Below, one piece after another: positions 8,671-17,572 of a DNA stretch of 42,824 nucleotides (positions within the stretch are counted from its first letter, which is position 1; every line of letters starts with the position of its first letter). The stretch is taken from NCBI GenBank assembly GCA_003972955.1, contig QOAQ01000051.1, positions 1 through 42,824 of the forward strand, in the 5' to 3' direction. The translations under genes were made by a program, and so were the position numbers. Source of the stretch: Aquificaceae bacterium. GTDB lineage: Bacteria > Pseudomonadota > Gammaproteobacteria > Thiotrichales > Thiotrichaceae. The notes beneath the pieces were generated by a model. The model was not told where the DNA came from, ran no database searches, and saw only the letters and a list, made by a program, of their open reading frames with translations.

Positions 8671-11004
8671 CTAAAGCCCCTGTACATACTGTTGATTAGT
8701 CGATTTAACCACCATTTCATGCAATAAAAATTCAGCTTCTTCATCTCCTTTTAGTACTTTTTCAAAATGCTTGATAAGTTGTATTTTATCTAACTCTGCT
8801 TTCGAGCCTGCACCTATATCGGTGAGATTGATAAAGAATTCATCAAATAGATCAGAAAAATCATGTACTGCATTTAGGTTTAAACATTGCTCATCATTGT
8901 AAATACTGGGGTAGCCTCCTCGTTGTTTATCGATAGCGAATGATACGCCTTTTACATTGGTGATGGTGGTGGATTTTTTGCATTTGAGCATACAGCCGTC
9001 TTCTATGGTGGGTTTTTTACAACCGACGGTTTGTTGGAAGAAGCATTGTCTGCTGGTCATCATTAAAATGGGGTGATAGATACTGTAGAGTAGTTTGAAA
9101 TTTTCAGGGCGACGGATATTCTTTATTTGTTGCTGGTTAATTTCATTGGAGATAAATGCACCTGCACAGTTGAGATTTTCTTTTAAGGTACGTAGCGCAT
9201 AGGAGTTTGTAGTATTAAGAAACGGCCCTGCTATCCATTCAATCCCCATTTCAAACGCTTTATAGGCGATGCCTGTATTGTTGGTGACGATGCGCGTGGG
9301 TTTTACTTGTTGCAGTATCTTTACTGCCTCATGGTAGTCTTTGCCAATTAATACCGCAGGAAACCAAGGAATTAAGTGTGGATTACTGTTGAGTAGGTCG
9401 ATGTATTTAGGTGAGTCTATTTTGAAGCTTTCGGGCAATTTAAAGTAAATATCTGCCTTAGTGACATCACATAAATACAGGTCTTTTTCATCGCTTATTA
9501 ACAGTGATAGTGTTGCTTGTGAATTTATTTTAGGGTATTGAGGTAATTTAGGCACGTCCACAGGGGCGATTATCTCAATGGCATCATTTAATAAGTAGCT
9601 TAATTTATTTTTGATAGTCGTTAGTTCGCTAAAAGGAATAACAAGATGCTTGCCTAGTTTAGAATAATCAAAGGATGCGACACTACAATCTGCATATACA
9701 TTTTTAAAACGCTTTTCCAGTACCGCCTGAACTAAACCTTTTTTTTCTGCACTTTTTAATAATGATTCTGATTGGATAGTTATCGTCTTATTGTTGCTTG
9801 AATGATTGTCTACAGGGTCGTCAATCATAATACGCAAGGTTAAAGGCTCGCCTAACTGCCCTAAAAAGTGGATATGAAGTTGACGTTTATCGATGCTTAA
9901 GTCTTTAATTTGTTGCCTAAGTGCTGCACCTAAAGCATCTTTGTCTGCATAAAATTCACGGGTGGTGGTTTCAATTTGCTCGGTGGTAACGGCATTCTGT
10001 TCTTTAATTGCATGTCTAACCCCGTGGTCACGTGGGTTATCAATAAACATATCTTTGCTAAGGTTGGCATTTAAGAAGGAGTTGGTAAAATCACGATTAA
10101 ACACACGTCGCAGGTTTTTATCATTATCGAATAACTGTCCTGTTTCTACAAAATGGTTGATCTGCTTGCGCCAACTATCGACCACGGTATAGACATAGTG
10201 CGCGTCTTTAATACGCCCTTCTATTTTTAGTGAATCAACCTCAGCATCCACCAAGGCGGGCAGATCAAAATATGCAGAGTTATCTTTTAAATTAAGTGGA
10301 AAGTTGTTACCTGCGGCGGTGGTTTCATACTCATCTCGACAGGCTTGACTACAGCGTCCACGATTGCCTGAGTTACCGACACTAACGGAGCTAGAATAAC
10401 ATTGCCCCGAAAAAGCAATGCACAATGCGCCATGTACAAACACTTCTGTGAGTAATTTATGTTGATGTGCGACAGCGGTGAGTGTTTTTATCTCATTTAT
10501 ATTTAACTCACGCGATAAATTCACGCGGGATGCACCAATTTTGGCTAAAAAAGCAAGCTGTCCTTCATTGACAGTGGTAAGTTGGGTGGAGGCATGAAGG
10601 TCAAAACTAGGGAAGTAGTGTTTTACTAGGTTAAATAAACCTAAATCTTGTACGATAATACCATCGATTCGGGTATTAACGAGCTGATTGAGTAGCTTGA
10701 ATAAAGCGGGAATTTCTGGCTCAAGTATCACTACATTGATGGTAAGAAAAACCTCGCAGTGATAGTGATGCGCTAAACGTAACACACCAGTAAGCTCATC
10801 AAAACTCAGGTTGGTGGCTCTATTGCGCGCATTAAAAGCCCCCTCTAAACCACAGTAAACAGCATTTGCTCCTGCAACAATCGCCCCTTTTATGGCTTCA
10901 ACATCCCCACCAGGTGCTAATAATTCTATATTGTGTGTTGGATTGCTAGATAGCTTTCGTAGCGGAAATACAGTCTCTATTTTTGTTGATGTCGCCAATG
11001 CCAT
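8671..11004 (-). CDS. U32 family protein, long form with two tandem U32-like modules
   Basis: 777 aa. Module 1 carries the U32 signature EVFVHGALCIAFSGQCYSS plus RGRCSQACRDEY and LKIEGR. Residues ~540-720 repeat the pattern (AGPFLNTTNSY, ISNEINQQQIKNI, YHPILMMTSRQCFFQQTVGCKKPTIEDGCMLKC). Confidence 0.85.
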   Translation of the reverse strand: MALATSTKIETVFPLRKLSSNPTHNIELLAPGGDVEAIKGAIVAGANAVYCGLEGAFNARNRATNLSFDELTGVLRLAHHYHCEVFLTINVVILEPEIPALFKLLNQLVNTRIDGIIVQDLGLFNLVKHYFPSFDLHASTQLTTVNEGQLAFLAKIGASRVNLSRELNINEIKTLTAVAHQHKLLTEVFVHGALCIAFSGQCYSSSVSVGNSGNRGRCSQACRDEYETTAAGNNFPLNLKDNSAYFDLPALVDAEVDSLKIEGRIKDAHYVYTVVDSWRKQINHFVETGQLFDNDKNLRRVFNRDFTNSFLNANLSKDMFIDNPRDHGVRHAIKEQNAVTTEQIETTTREFYADKDALGAALRQQIKDLSIDKRQLHIHFLGQLGEPLTLRIMIDDPVDNHSSNNKTITIQSESLLKSAEKKGLVQAVLEKRFKNVYADCSVASFDYSKLGKHLVIPFSELTTIKNKLSYLLNDAIEIIAPVDVPKLPQYPKINSQATLSLLISDEKDLYLCDVTKADIYFKLPESFKIDSPKYIDLLNSNPHLIPWFPAVLIGKDYHEAVKILQQVKPTRIVTNNTGIAYKAFEMGIEWIAGPFLNTTNSYALRTLKENLNCAGAFISNEINQQQIKNIRRPENFKLLYSIYHPILMMTSRQCFFQQTVGCKKPTIEDGCMLKCKKSTTITNVKGVSFAIDKQRGGYPSIYNDEQCLNLNAVHDFSDLFDEFFINLTDIGAGSKAELDKIQLIKHFEKVLKGDEEAEFLLHEMVVKSTNQQYVQGL

Positions 11005-11203
11005 AATACAAACCGAAGGGGAAAACGCGCTATTATCCGTAAATTACTTATTTCATGCAAATAAGTAAATACAACACTATTGAACAGACTTTATAAATCT
11101 GCTCATCATTTTCAGTCCCTAACTACAGTGATTCCGCTTATTCTTCGAGCAATAAAGGGTAACGGGATTCCAAAACCCCGTCACACCAAAAATACAATTA
11201 GAC

Positions 11204-11608
11204 TTAAGCCGCTATCGACATAACACCATTAAATGCCGCATGGTCACTGCTTAACTTTGCATAATTAGCCACTGTTTCTACTTCAAAAGCAAAACGCTCT
11301 CCTGCTTCTACTGTTATTCCTGTTGACTCATTAGCAGCATTTAAACTAACCATTAAAGAATTATTTATATTTTTTAAGCTAACAGGTGTATTTTTATCAA
11401 GTATGATGGCTTCATTGCTTAAATTCATTAGCGATACTATTTCTTTACCATCACTTTGTTGCTGGAAAATATTAATAGCGGGTATTGCATCATTTACTAT
11501 ATTTTCAGATGTAGTAAAAGCGATTGAAGCAGATGAGGCTACTGTTGCAGATAAAGCAGTGCCATAGGCAATCGTTTTTAATAATTTGCGTCGTGTTTGA
11601 TCAATCAT
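11204..11608 (-). CDS. Small exported protein with twin-arginine (Tat) signal peptide, function unknown
   Basis: 134 aa. The N-terminus MIDQTRRKLLKTIAYGTALSATVASSASIAFT matches the S/T-R-R-x-F-L-K consensus followed by an h-region and an AxA-like site. The mature part has no Cys and one His. Confidence 0.65.
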   Translation of the reverse strand: MIDQTRRKLLKTIAYGTALSATVASSASIAFTTSENIVNDAIPAINIFQQQSDGKEIVSLMNLSNEAIILDKNTPVSLKNINNSLMVSLNAANESTGITVEAGERFAFEVETVANYAKLSSDHAAFNGVMSIAA

Positions 11609-11723
11609 TATTGACTCCGTTTGTTAATGTGGTAATTGAGACAAGCAGAACAAGCAAGGAGTTCCTGTTTACTACATTACATAAATTTTATGTAACCGTT
11701 TATCTATAGTTTTTCATATATTA

Positions 11724-11819
11724 AATTTCCACTCCCTTCGACTCCGCTCAGGAAACTAGTACTCCATCAATACAATGTTGCTGGAGTACTAGCTCCCTGA
11801 GCGGAGTCGAAGGGAAATT
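11724..11819. repeat. REP-like long hairpin (19-bp perfect arms CCCTTCGACTCCGCTCAGG 11734-11752 / CCTGAGCGGAGTCGAAGGG 11796-11814) carrying a nested mini-palindrome
   Basis: Arms read directly. The outer AATTTCC / GGAAATT extension is also complementary. It lies in the divergent intergenic region between the Tat-protein gene and the DUF1415 gene. Confidence 0.85.
11756..11792. repeat. 37-nt mini-palindrome CTAGTACTCCATCAATACAATGTTGCTGGAGTACTAG nested at the apex of the REP-like hairpin
   Basis: Its reverse complement matches 843-879 at 36 of 37 positions. It has 11-nt perfect terminal inverted repeats. Confidence 0.8.
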
Positions 11820-11863
11820 ATTTAAGTGAATATCTATACCTCCAAAAGTAGTGAGTAATAAAA

Positions 11864-12400
11864 ATGAAACCTGTTGTAAAACAAACTAAAAAATGGCTTG
11901 AAGATATTGTCATAAAACATAACTTCTGCCCGTTTGCTAAAAAAGAGCTACTACGTGACAGTATTCGCTTTTATGTCATTGATTCCAGTGATATGGCAGA
12001 AGCACTACAGGCATTAGTTGATGAGTTTTTTTATCTTGATAATCATACCGAGACAGAAACAACCTTAGTGATACTCCCCAACGGTTTTAATCAGTTTGAT
12101 GATTATCTCGACCTTGTTGCACTTGCGAATGCTTTACTCGAAGATCAGGAGTATTCTGGAATCTATCAGCTCGCAAGTTTTCATCCTGATTATTGTTTTG
12201 AGGGCACTGATAACGACGACCCTGCCAACTATACCAACCGCTCCCCTTATCCCACCTTACATATTATTCGAGAAACGAGCTTAGCACGAGCCATTGCAAG
12301 TCACCCTGATGTTGCCGGTATTCCTGAGCAAAATATTGCGTATGCTAGAAAATTGGGACGAGACAAATTACAAAGTGATCTTGATTTAATCAGAAACTAA
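11864..12400 (+). CDS. DUF1415 family protein
   Basis: 178-aa intact ORF. The N-terminal WLEDIVIKHNFCPFAKKEL and FHPDY motifs fit my recollection of DUF1415. Confidence 0.6.
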   Translation: MKPVVKQTKKWLEDIVIKHNFCPFAKKELLRDSIRFYVIDSSDMAEALQALVDEFFYLDNHTETETTLVILPNGFNQFDDYLDLVALANALLEDQEYSGIYQLASFHPDYCFEGTDNDDPANYTNRSPYPTLHIIRETSLARAIASHPDVAGIPEQNIAYARKLGRDKLQSDLDLIRN

Positions 12401-12493
12401 GACGCACTTATCAGCCCTCTTAGAGAATCAAATTGAATAAACATCCTATTCCTATTACAGTAGCCTCTGTCTTTCAACGGATACACTCCACCT

Positions 12494-14383
12494 ATGTCAA
12501 ATGAATATAATGCCGCCGCGATAGAAGTCCTTTCTGGGCTTGACCCTGTACGCAAACGTCCTGGTATGTATACCGACACCACACGCCCTAATCATCTTGC
12601 TCAAGAGGTTATCGACAATAGTATTGATGAGGCAATGGCAGGTCATGCAGATCGAGTGAATGTCGTTTTGTATGCGGATGGCTCATTGTCTGTCGCCGAT
12701 AATGGTCGCGGTATGCCCGTTGATATTCACCCTGAAAAGCAAATGCCTGGGGTTGAGGTTATTATGTCTACCCTACACGCAGGGGGAAAATTCTCAGATA
12801 AAAATTATCAGTTTTCAGGCGGTTTGCATGGTGTCGGTATCTCTGTCGTCAATGCGCTGTCGCTCCTTCTTGATGTCCGTATTAAACGTGATGGACAAGA
12901 ATATAAGATGATGTTCGAGAATGGTCATAAAGTGAGTGATCTCGAAATTATCGGTAAAGTTGGTAAGAAAAATACGGGCACAAGTCTACATTTCTGGCCA
13001 AACGCTCAATATTTTGACAGTGTGCGTTTCTCAGTTAAACGCTTAAAACATAATCTACGTGCTAAAGCAGTGTTGTGTCCTGGTTTACATATTACTTTTA
13101 CCGAAGAAGCGAAAAATGATACCACCGAATGGTATTACGAGGATGGTCTTAAAGATTATCTGATGGACTCAGTGCAAGAATTTGTGACACTACCTGAAAC
13201 ACCGTTTATCGGTGAATTTAGCAATGAAGCTGAAGCCGTTGACTGGGCATTTCTCTGGCTTCCCGAGGGTGGTGATTTAGTCCAAGAAAGTTACGTCAAT
13301 CTCATTCCGACTATTCAAGGTGGTACACACGTTAATGGCTTACGCACAGGTATCACCGATGCATTGCGTGAGTTTTGTGAATTTAGAAACCTCTTACCAC
13401 GTGGCTTAAAATTAACACCTGATGACATCTGGGATAAGTTATCGTTTGTATTATCCATAAAAATGCAAGACCCTCAGTTTGCAGGGCAAATTAAAGAACG
13501 TTTGTCATCACGTACTGCGGCAAAATTAGTAACCAATGCGATTAAAGATGCTTTTAGTTTATATCTCAATCAAAATTCAGAAATTGGTGATTTAATTGCA
13601 GAGCATGTAATTAACAATGCACAAAAACGTCAACGTGCTAATAAAAAAGTGGTGCGTAAGAAAATATCCAGTGGACCACCACTTCCTGGAAAACTTGCCG
13701 ACTGCTCATCACAAGATTTATCACAGACCGAAATTTTTTTGGTGGAAGGTGACTCTGCGGGAGGTTCTGCTAAACAAGCACGCAACCGTGAGTTTCAAGC
13801 AATCATGCCGTTACGTGGTAAAATATTGAATACATGGGAAGTACATTCCGATCAAGTGCTTGGATCTCAAGAAATTCATGATATTTCAGTTGCCTTAGGC
13901 ATTGAACCTTCTTCTGATAATTTAAGTGGTTTACGTTATGGTAAAATATGTGTACTTGCTGATGCCGACTCCGATGGCGCGCATATCGCGACACTACTCT
14001 GTGCCCTCTTTTTAAAGCACTTTAAGCCGTTAATTGCCGCAGGTCATGTTTATATTGCTATGCCCCCATTATATCGTGTTGATATTGGTAAAAAAATTGA
14101 GTACGCATTAGATGAATCGGAACGCCAAGCTATCTTAGATAAAATAGAAAAAGAAAAACTCAAAGGCAAAGTGACCATTACGCGCTTTAAAGGATTAGGA
14201 GAAATGAACCCCTTACAATTACGCGAAACCACAATGCACCCTGATACACGTCGTCTTGTGCAGTTGACTTTAGAAGACCCCGAAACAACTCATGCCACGA
14301 TGGATATGTTGTTATCACGCAAACGCGCTCAAGATAGAAAAAGTTGGCTAGAAGACAAAGGCAATTTAGCTAATATTCAGTAG
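12494..14383 (+). CDS. parE: DNA topoisomerase IV subunit B
   Basis: 629 aa, which is ParE length and lacks the GyrB insertion. Motifs: LDPVRKRPGMY, GHKL ATPase DNGRGMPVD and GGLHGVG, Toprim EIFLVEGDSAGGSAKQ and DADSDGAHI, C-terminal KGLGEMNP. Confidence 0.93.
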   Translation: MSNEYNAAAIEVLSGLDPVRKRPGMYTDTTRPNHLAQEVIDNSIDEAMAGHADRVNVVLYADGSLSVADNGRGMPVDIHPEKQMPGVEVIMSTLHAGGKFSDKNYQFSGGLHGVGISVVNALSLLLDVRIKRDGQEYKMMFENGHKVSDLEIIGKVGKKNTGTSLHFWPNAQYFDSVRFSVKRLKHNLRAKAVLCPGLHITFTEEAKNDTTEWYYEDGLKDYLMDSVQEFVTLPETPFIGEFSNEAEAVDWAFLWLPEGGDLVQESYVNLIPTIQGGTHVNGLRTGITDALREFCEFRNLLPRGLKLTPDDIWDKLSFVLSIKMQDPQFAGQIKERLSSRTAAKLVTNAIKDAFSLYLNQNSEIGDLIAEHVINNAQKRQRANKKVVRKKISSGPPLPGKLADCSSQDLSQTEIFLVEGDSAGGSAKQARNREFQAIMPLRGKILNTWEVHSDQVLGSQEIHDISVALGIEPSSDNLSGLRYGKICVLADADSDGAHIATLLCALFLKHFKPLIAAGHVYIAMPPLYRVDIGKKIEYALDESERQAILDKIEKEKLKGKVTITRFKGLGEMNPLQLRETTMHPDTRRLVQLTLEDPETTHATMDMLLSRKRAQDRKSWLEDKGNLANIQ

Positions 14384-14755
14384 CTTTCTCATCCTTTACG
14401 TGTAGAAATAAACGACAAAAAAAGAACTAATCGATCTGCTTGAAGACAAAGAAAATAGGATATTTAGACTATATTGTTTTGAGGGAGTACTAGATAATGA
14501 TAAAAAATACTCAAGCAGACGTTATTCTCCGATGAAATGAACTAATCAGTACGTGCAAATTATTTCTCTATTGCTACACTAATGGGGGATTGTAATGAGT
14601 AAGAACTGTGTTAGGAGCAGATCAATAAATATCAATTTCATAAATATAGACATCAATTAAAATATTTTTGTAAAAACCATACCCCTGTGTGTGTTTAAAC
14701 TAAATAACATATATTTAGATGTACTACCATTATTACTAAGTAGAAAGGAACGCTT

Positions 14756-16453
14756 ATGCGCGCAACAAAGTACGCTTCAAGGATGATAGGTAAAGCCCTT
14801 ATATTATTAACATTTATTGGCTTGAGTAGTATCACACAAGCCAACCCTGGAAATCGTTTAGGTCTCAATGTAAGCCCCTTACATAAACTCACCTCTTCTG
14901 ACCCTTTCATTGATATATTTAAAGTTTCACGCGGTTGGATCACTTCTTGTGAATTTGACTGGCAACACAACCGTGCAATTGATCCTGGTTGTACTAAACA
15001 AACCGCTTTTAATACCAACGAATCCTATCTAGTTTCTCTTGATAGAAATGGTTGGGTTACACGTTTACCTTCACGCAATGAACGCCCGATATTTACCTCG
15101 GTAAATAGTATTTGGGATATGCCTCCTCATTTTCCCCTTGGTGACTACTTTGTTACTTATGAAGGTGAAGGTGAAATTAGTGTTCATGGTAATATTACCG
15201 TCAAACAACAACGTCCTGGACGTATTGACTTCACCATGAAGGAAGCAAAAGGATTACGAATTCACCTCAAATCGGTTAATCCACGTAACTACATTCGTAA
15301 TATCAAAGTTATTCCTAAAAAATATGAACGTATCTATCGAACACAACAGTTCAACCCTGAATACATCAAAATAATTCGTCCCTTCAATGCGATACGTTTT
15401 ATGCCTTGGCAGAACACGAAAGATACCGAACTAGCTAATTGGAACGAACGAACTACTCCTGCTAATGCACATTACAATAATAATGCAGGTATGCCTGTTG
15501 AAACGATGGTTGATCTTGTTAATACCATTAATGCTGCACCTTGGTTCTCGATGCCTCATAAAGCAACCGATGGCTTTATTACTAACTTTGCCCGCACGGT
15601 TAAGCGTCGATTGAAGAACAATCAGAAAGTATACGTTGAATATTCAAATGAAGTTTGGAATATGATGTACCCTGCGACCAATTATGCTTCACGTCAAGGT
15701 TTACGCTTATGGCCTAATGCTTATCCAAAGCTAAATTCAGGGTCACGTAAAATGAAGCTTGCACTTAATTACTTAGGTAAGCGTACACGTGAAATGTGTA
15801 ATATATGGAAACGTGAATTTGGTGGGCAACGCAACAGAGTTGTTTGTGTCCTCTCCTCTTACGCTGGCGGGCCTACTTTAGGTGAAGAGGCATTAAGCTG
15901 TCCATTAGTTGGTGGTGGTCCATGTTCTAAGAGCATCGATGCTTATGCAGTTGGTCCTTATTTTGGCGACTATGTAGCACGTATTGAAAACCGTAACTTA
16001 TTACGCAACTGGTCTCGCCAAGGTGGCAGAGGTATGAACAACCTCTTTACCGAGTTATTACGTGGTGGACTTATTAGAGATCAATACCCAGGTGGTGCTA
16101 TGGAACGCTTAACAGCGGTACGTATCAAACCTAATGTGGCACTTGCGCGTAAACATGGTTTAAAACTACTTGCCTATGAAGGTGGACAACATCTATTACG
16201 TGTTGATCGTCCTCATGTTATTAGAGATGAGAAGATTTTTGAATTCTTTGCTAAGGCAAACCAAAATCCTCGTATGGGACAGGCTTATAGCCGATACCTT
16301 AATACATGGAGAAACCAAGGTGGTGGGTTATTAATGCACTTTAATGGCATAGCGACTATCAATAACCATAGCTACTTTGGTATGTTGGATAATGTGCAAC
16401 AACATTCATCACCCAAATATAATGCTTTAATTAGCTTCTTGCGTGGTCGATAA
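14756..16453 (+). CDS. Secreted protein with clan GH-A-like (beta/alpha)8 glycoside hydrolase features; family unassigned
   Basis: 565 aa with a Sec signal (ALILLTFIGLSSITQA|NP). VYVEYSNEVWN (Asn-Glu at 298-299) and LLAYEGGQH (Glu475) resemble the acid/base and nucleophile strands of clan GH-A. A ~200-aa beta-rich domain precedes them. Confidence 0.55.
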   Translation: MRATKYASRMIGKALILLTFIGLSSITQANPGNRLGLNVSPLHKLTSSDPFIDIFKVSRGWITSCEFDWQHNRAIDPGCTKQTAFNTNESYLVSLDRNGWVTRLPSRNERPIFTSVNSIWDMPPHFPLGDYFVTYEGEGEISVHGNITVKQQRPGRIDFTMKEAKGLRIHLKSVNPRNYIRNIKVIPKKYERIYRTQQFNPEYIKIIRPFNAIRFMPWQNTKDTELANWNERTTPANAHYNNNAGMPVETMVDLVNTINAAPWFSMPHKATDGFITNFARTVKRRLKNNQKVYVEYSNEVWNMMYPATNYASRQGLRLWPNAYPKLNSGSRKMKLALNYLGKRTREMCNIWKREFGGQRNRVVCVLSSYAGGPTLGEEALSCPLVGGGPCSKSIDAYAVGPYFGDYVARIENRNLLRNWSRQGGRGMNNLFTELLRGGLIRDQYPGGAMERLTAVRIKPNVALARKHGLKLLAYEGGQHLLRVDRPHVIRDEKIFEFFAKANQNPRMGQAYSRYLNTWRNQGGGLLMHFNGIATINNHSYFGMLDNVQQHSSPKYNALISFLRGR

Positions 16454-17291
16454 GCCACTTAATAGCGCACAAACCGATAGTGATAGGGCTAATAATTCAA
16501 CCCGCTCTGCCCCTGTCGGTGTATTTGATTCAGGAATGGGTGGACTCTCGGTTCTACGAGAGATTCACCTACTTCTTCCCCATGAAAATCTTATTTATAT
16601 AGCAGATTCTAAACACGCCCCCTATGGCGATAGAAGTACACAGTACGTACAACAACGCTCTTTAGAAATTGCTAACTTCCTTCTTAAAAAAAATATCAAA
16701 TCACTTGTTGTTGCTTGCAATACAGCGACTGCATTAGCCGTTGATATACTCAGAGAACAACTCACTATTCCTGTTATTGGATTAGAACCTGCCATAAAAC
16801 CAGGTGTAAAAATGAGTAAAACAGGAGTGATTGGGGTATTAGCAACACAACGAACTATCGAAAGCAAACGTTTGCACTGTCTAACAGTAAAACATGCTTC
16901 TCATACAAAGGTGCTAGCGCAAGCCTGCCCTGGTCTTGTGGAGAAAGTTGAAGCTAATCATTTAGATCATTACGATACAAGACAGCTTATCAAAAAATAT
17001 ACCCTGCCTTTATTAGAACAAAATGCTGATACCATTATTTTAGGATGTACCCATTATCCTTTTTTACAGCAAACTATTAGCACGATCGTAGGAAGAGATA
17101 TTCAAATTATTGAAACAGGAAAGCCTGTTGCACAACAACTACAACGAGTTTTACATAAATATAAGCTAAACAATGCTTCACAAAAAAATGGTAATATTTT
17201 TTTTTATAATAGTAGCAACATCAATCAGCATAGTAATACCATGCGACAACTATGGCATAACGATATTACTATCAAACTACTTTCAGTATAG
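16443..17291 (+). CDS. murI: Glutamate racemase
   Basis: 282 aa with VGVFDSGMGGLSVLREI, VVACNTATA and ILGCTHYPF (the two catalytic Cys motifs). The only in-frame start upstream of the conserved N-terminus is GTG 16443, which overlaps the preceding gene's last codons by 11 nt. Confidence 0.9.
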   Translation: MVDKPLNSAQTDSDRANNSTRSAPVGVFDSGMGGLSVLREIHLLLPHENLIYIADSKHAPYGDRSTQYVQQRSLEIANFLLKKNIKSLVVACNTATALAVDILREQLTIPVIGLEPAIKPGVKMSKTGVIGVLATQRTIESKRLHCLTVKHASHTKVLAQACPGLVEKVEANHLDHYDTRQLIKKYTLPLLEQNADTIILGCTHYPFLQQTISTIVGRDIQIIETGKPVAQQLQRVLHKYKLNNASQKNGNIFFYNSSNINQHSNTMRQLWHNDITIKLLSV

Positions 17292-17350
17292 GTTTATATT
17301 CCATTTTCCACTTAGCTAAAGAAGAACAATTAAAACTCAGTTGATATATC

Positions 17351-17405
17351 CGCACCTCTTCGACAAGCCCTGGGAATTAGCTCCCTGAGCTTGTCGAATG
17401 GTGCG
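17351..17405. repeat. REP-like hairpin, second member of the family seen at 11724-11819
   Basis: Sequence: CGCACC-TCTTCGACAAGCCCTGGGA-attag-CTCCCTGAGCTTGTCGAA-TGGTGCG. It shares AGCTCCCTGAGC and GTCGAA with the 11.7-kb copy. About 15 of 17 core positions are paired, and the CGCACC/GGTGCG clamp pairs as well. Confidence 0.75.
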
Positions 17406-17522
17406 ATAGTTTATTATTTAGCCTGCCCTCATGTAGCTGGGAAATGTAATACCTTAAGCCCTCACCTCAAGAGCGAACAGATTCACAGAAAACCATCAAA
17501 ACAGGTAAGAGTTACAGCTATC

Positions 17523-17554
17523 AAAAAAAAGGCCGCTAAAAGCGACCTTTTTTT
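17523..17554. terminator. Bidirectional rho-independent terminator between murI (+) and the PG-binding repeat gene (-)
   Basis: AAAAAAAAGGCCGCT-AAA-AGCGACCTTTTTTT: a GC-rich stem with one G-T wobble, flanked by an A-run and a T-run. Confidence 0.7.
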
Positions 17555-17572
17555 ACACAATGTAATTTATGA

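Noticed and set aside
14435-14519. 9-bp inverted repeat TCTGCTTGA / TCAAGCAGA downstream of parE, enclosing a GGAGTACTAG half-site
   Set aside because: The stem is short and the spacer is 67 nt. A match of this kind has a non-negligible chance in a 370-bp intergenic region and resembles none of the other repeat families beyond the half-site.
14595-14660. 21-codon small ORF (MSKNCVRSRSININFINIDIN) preceded by GGGGGA in the parE downstream intergenic region
   Set aside because: It is too short and low in complexity, and I cannot test conservation. It may simply reflect AT-rich sequence.
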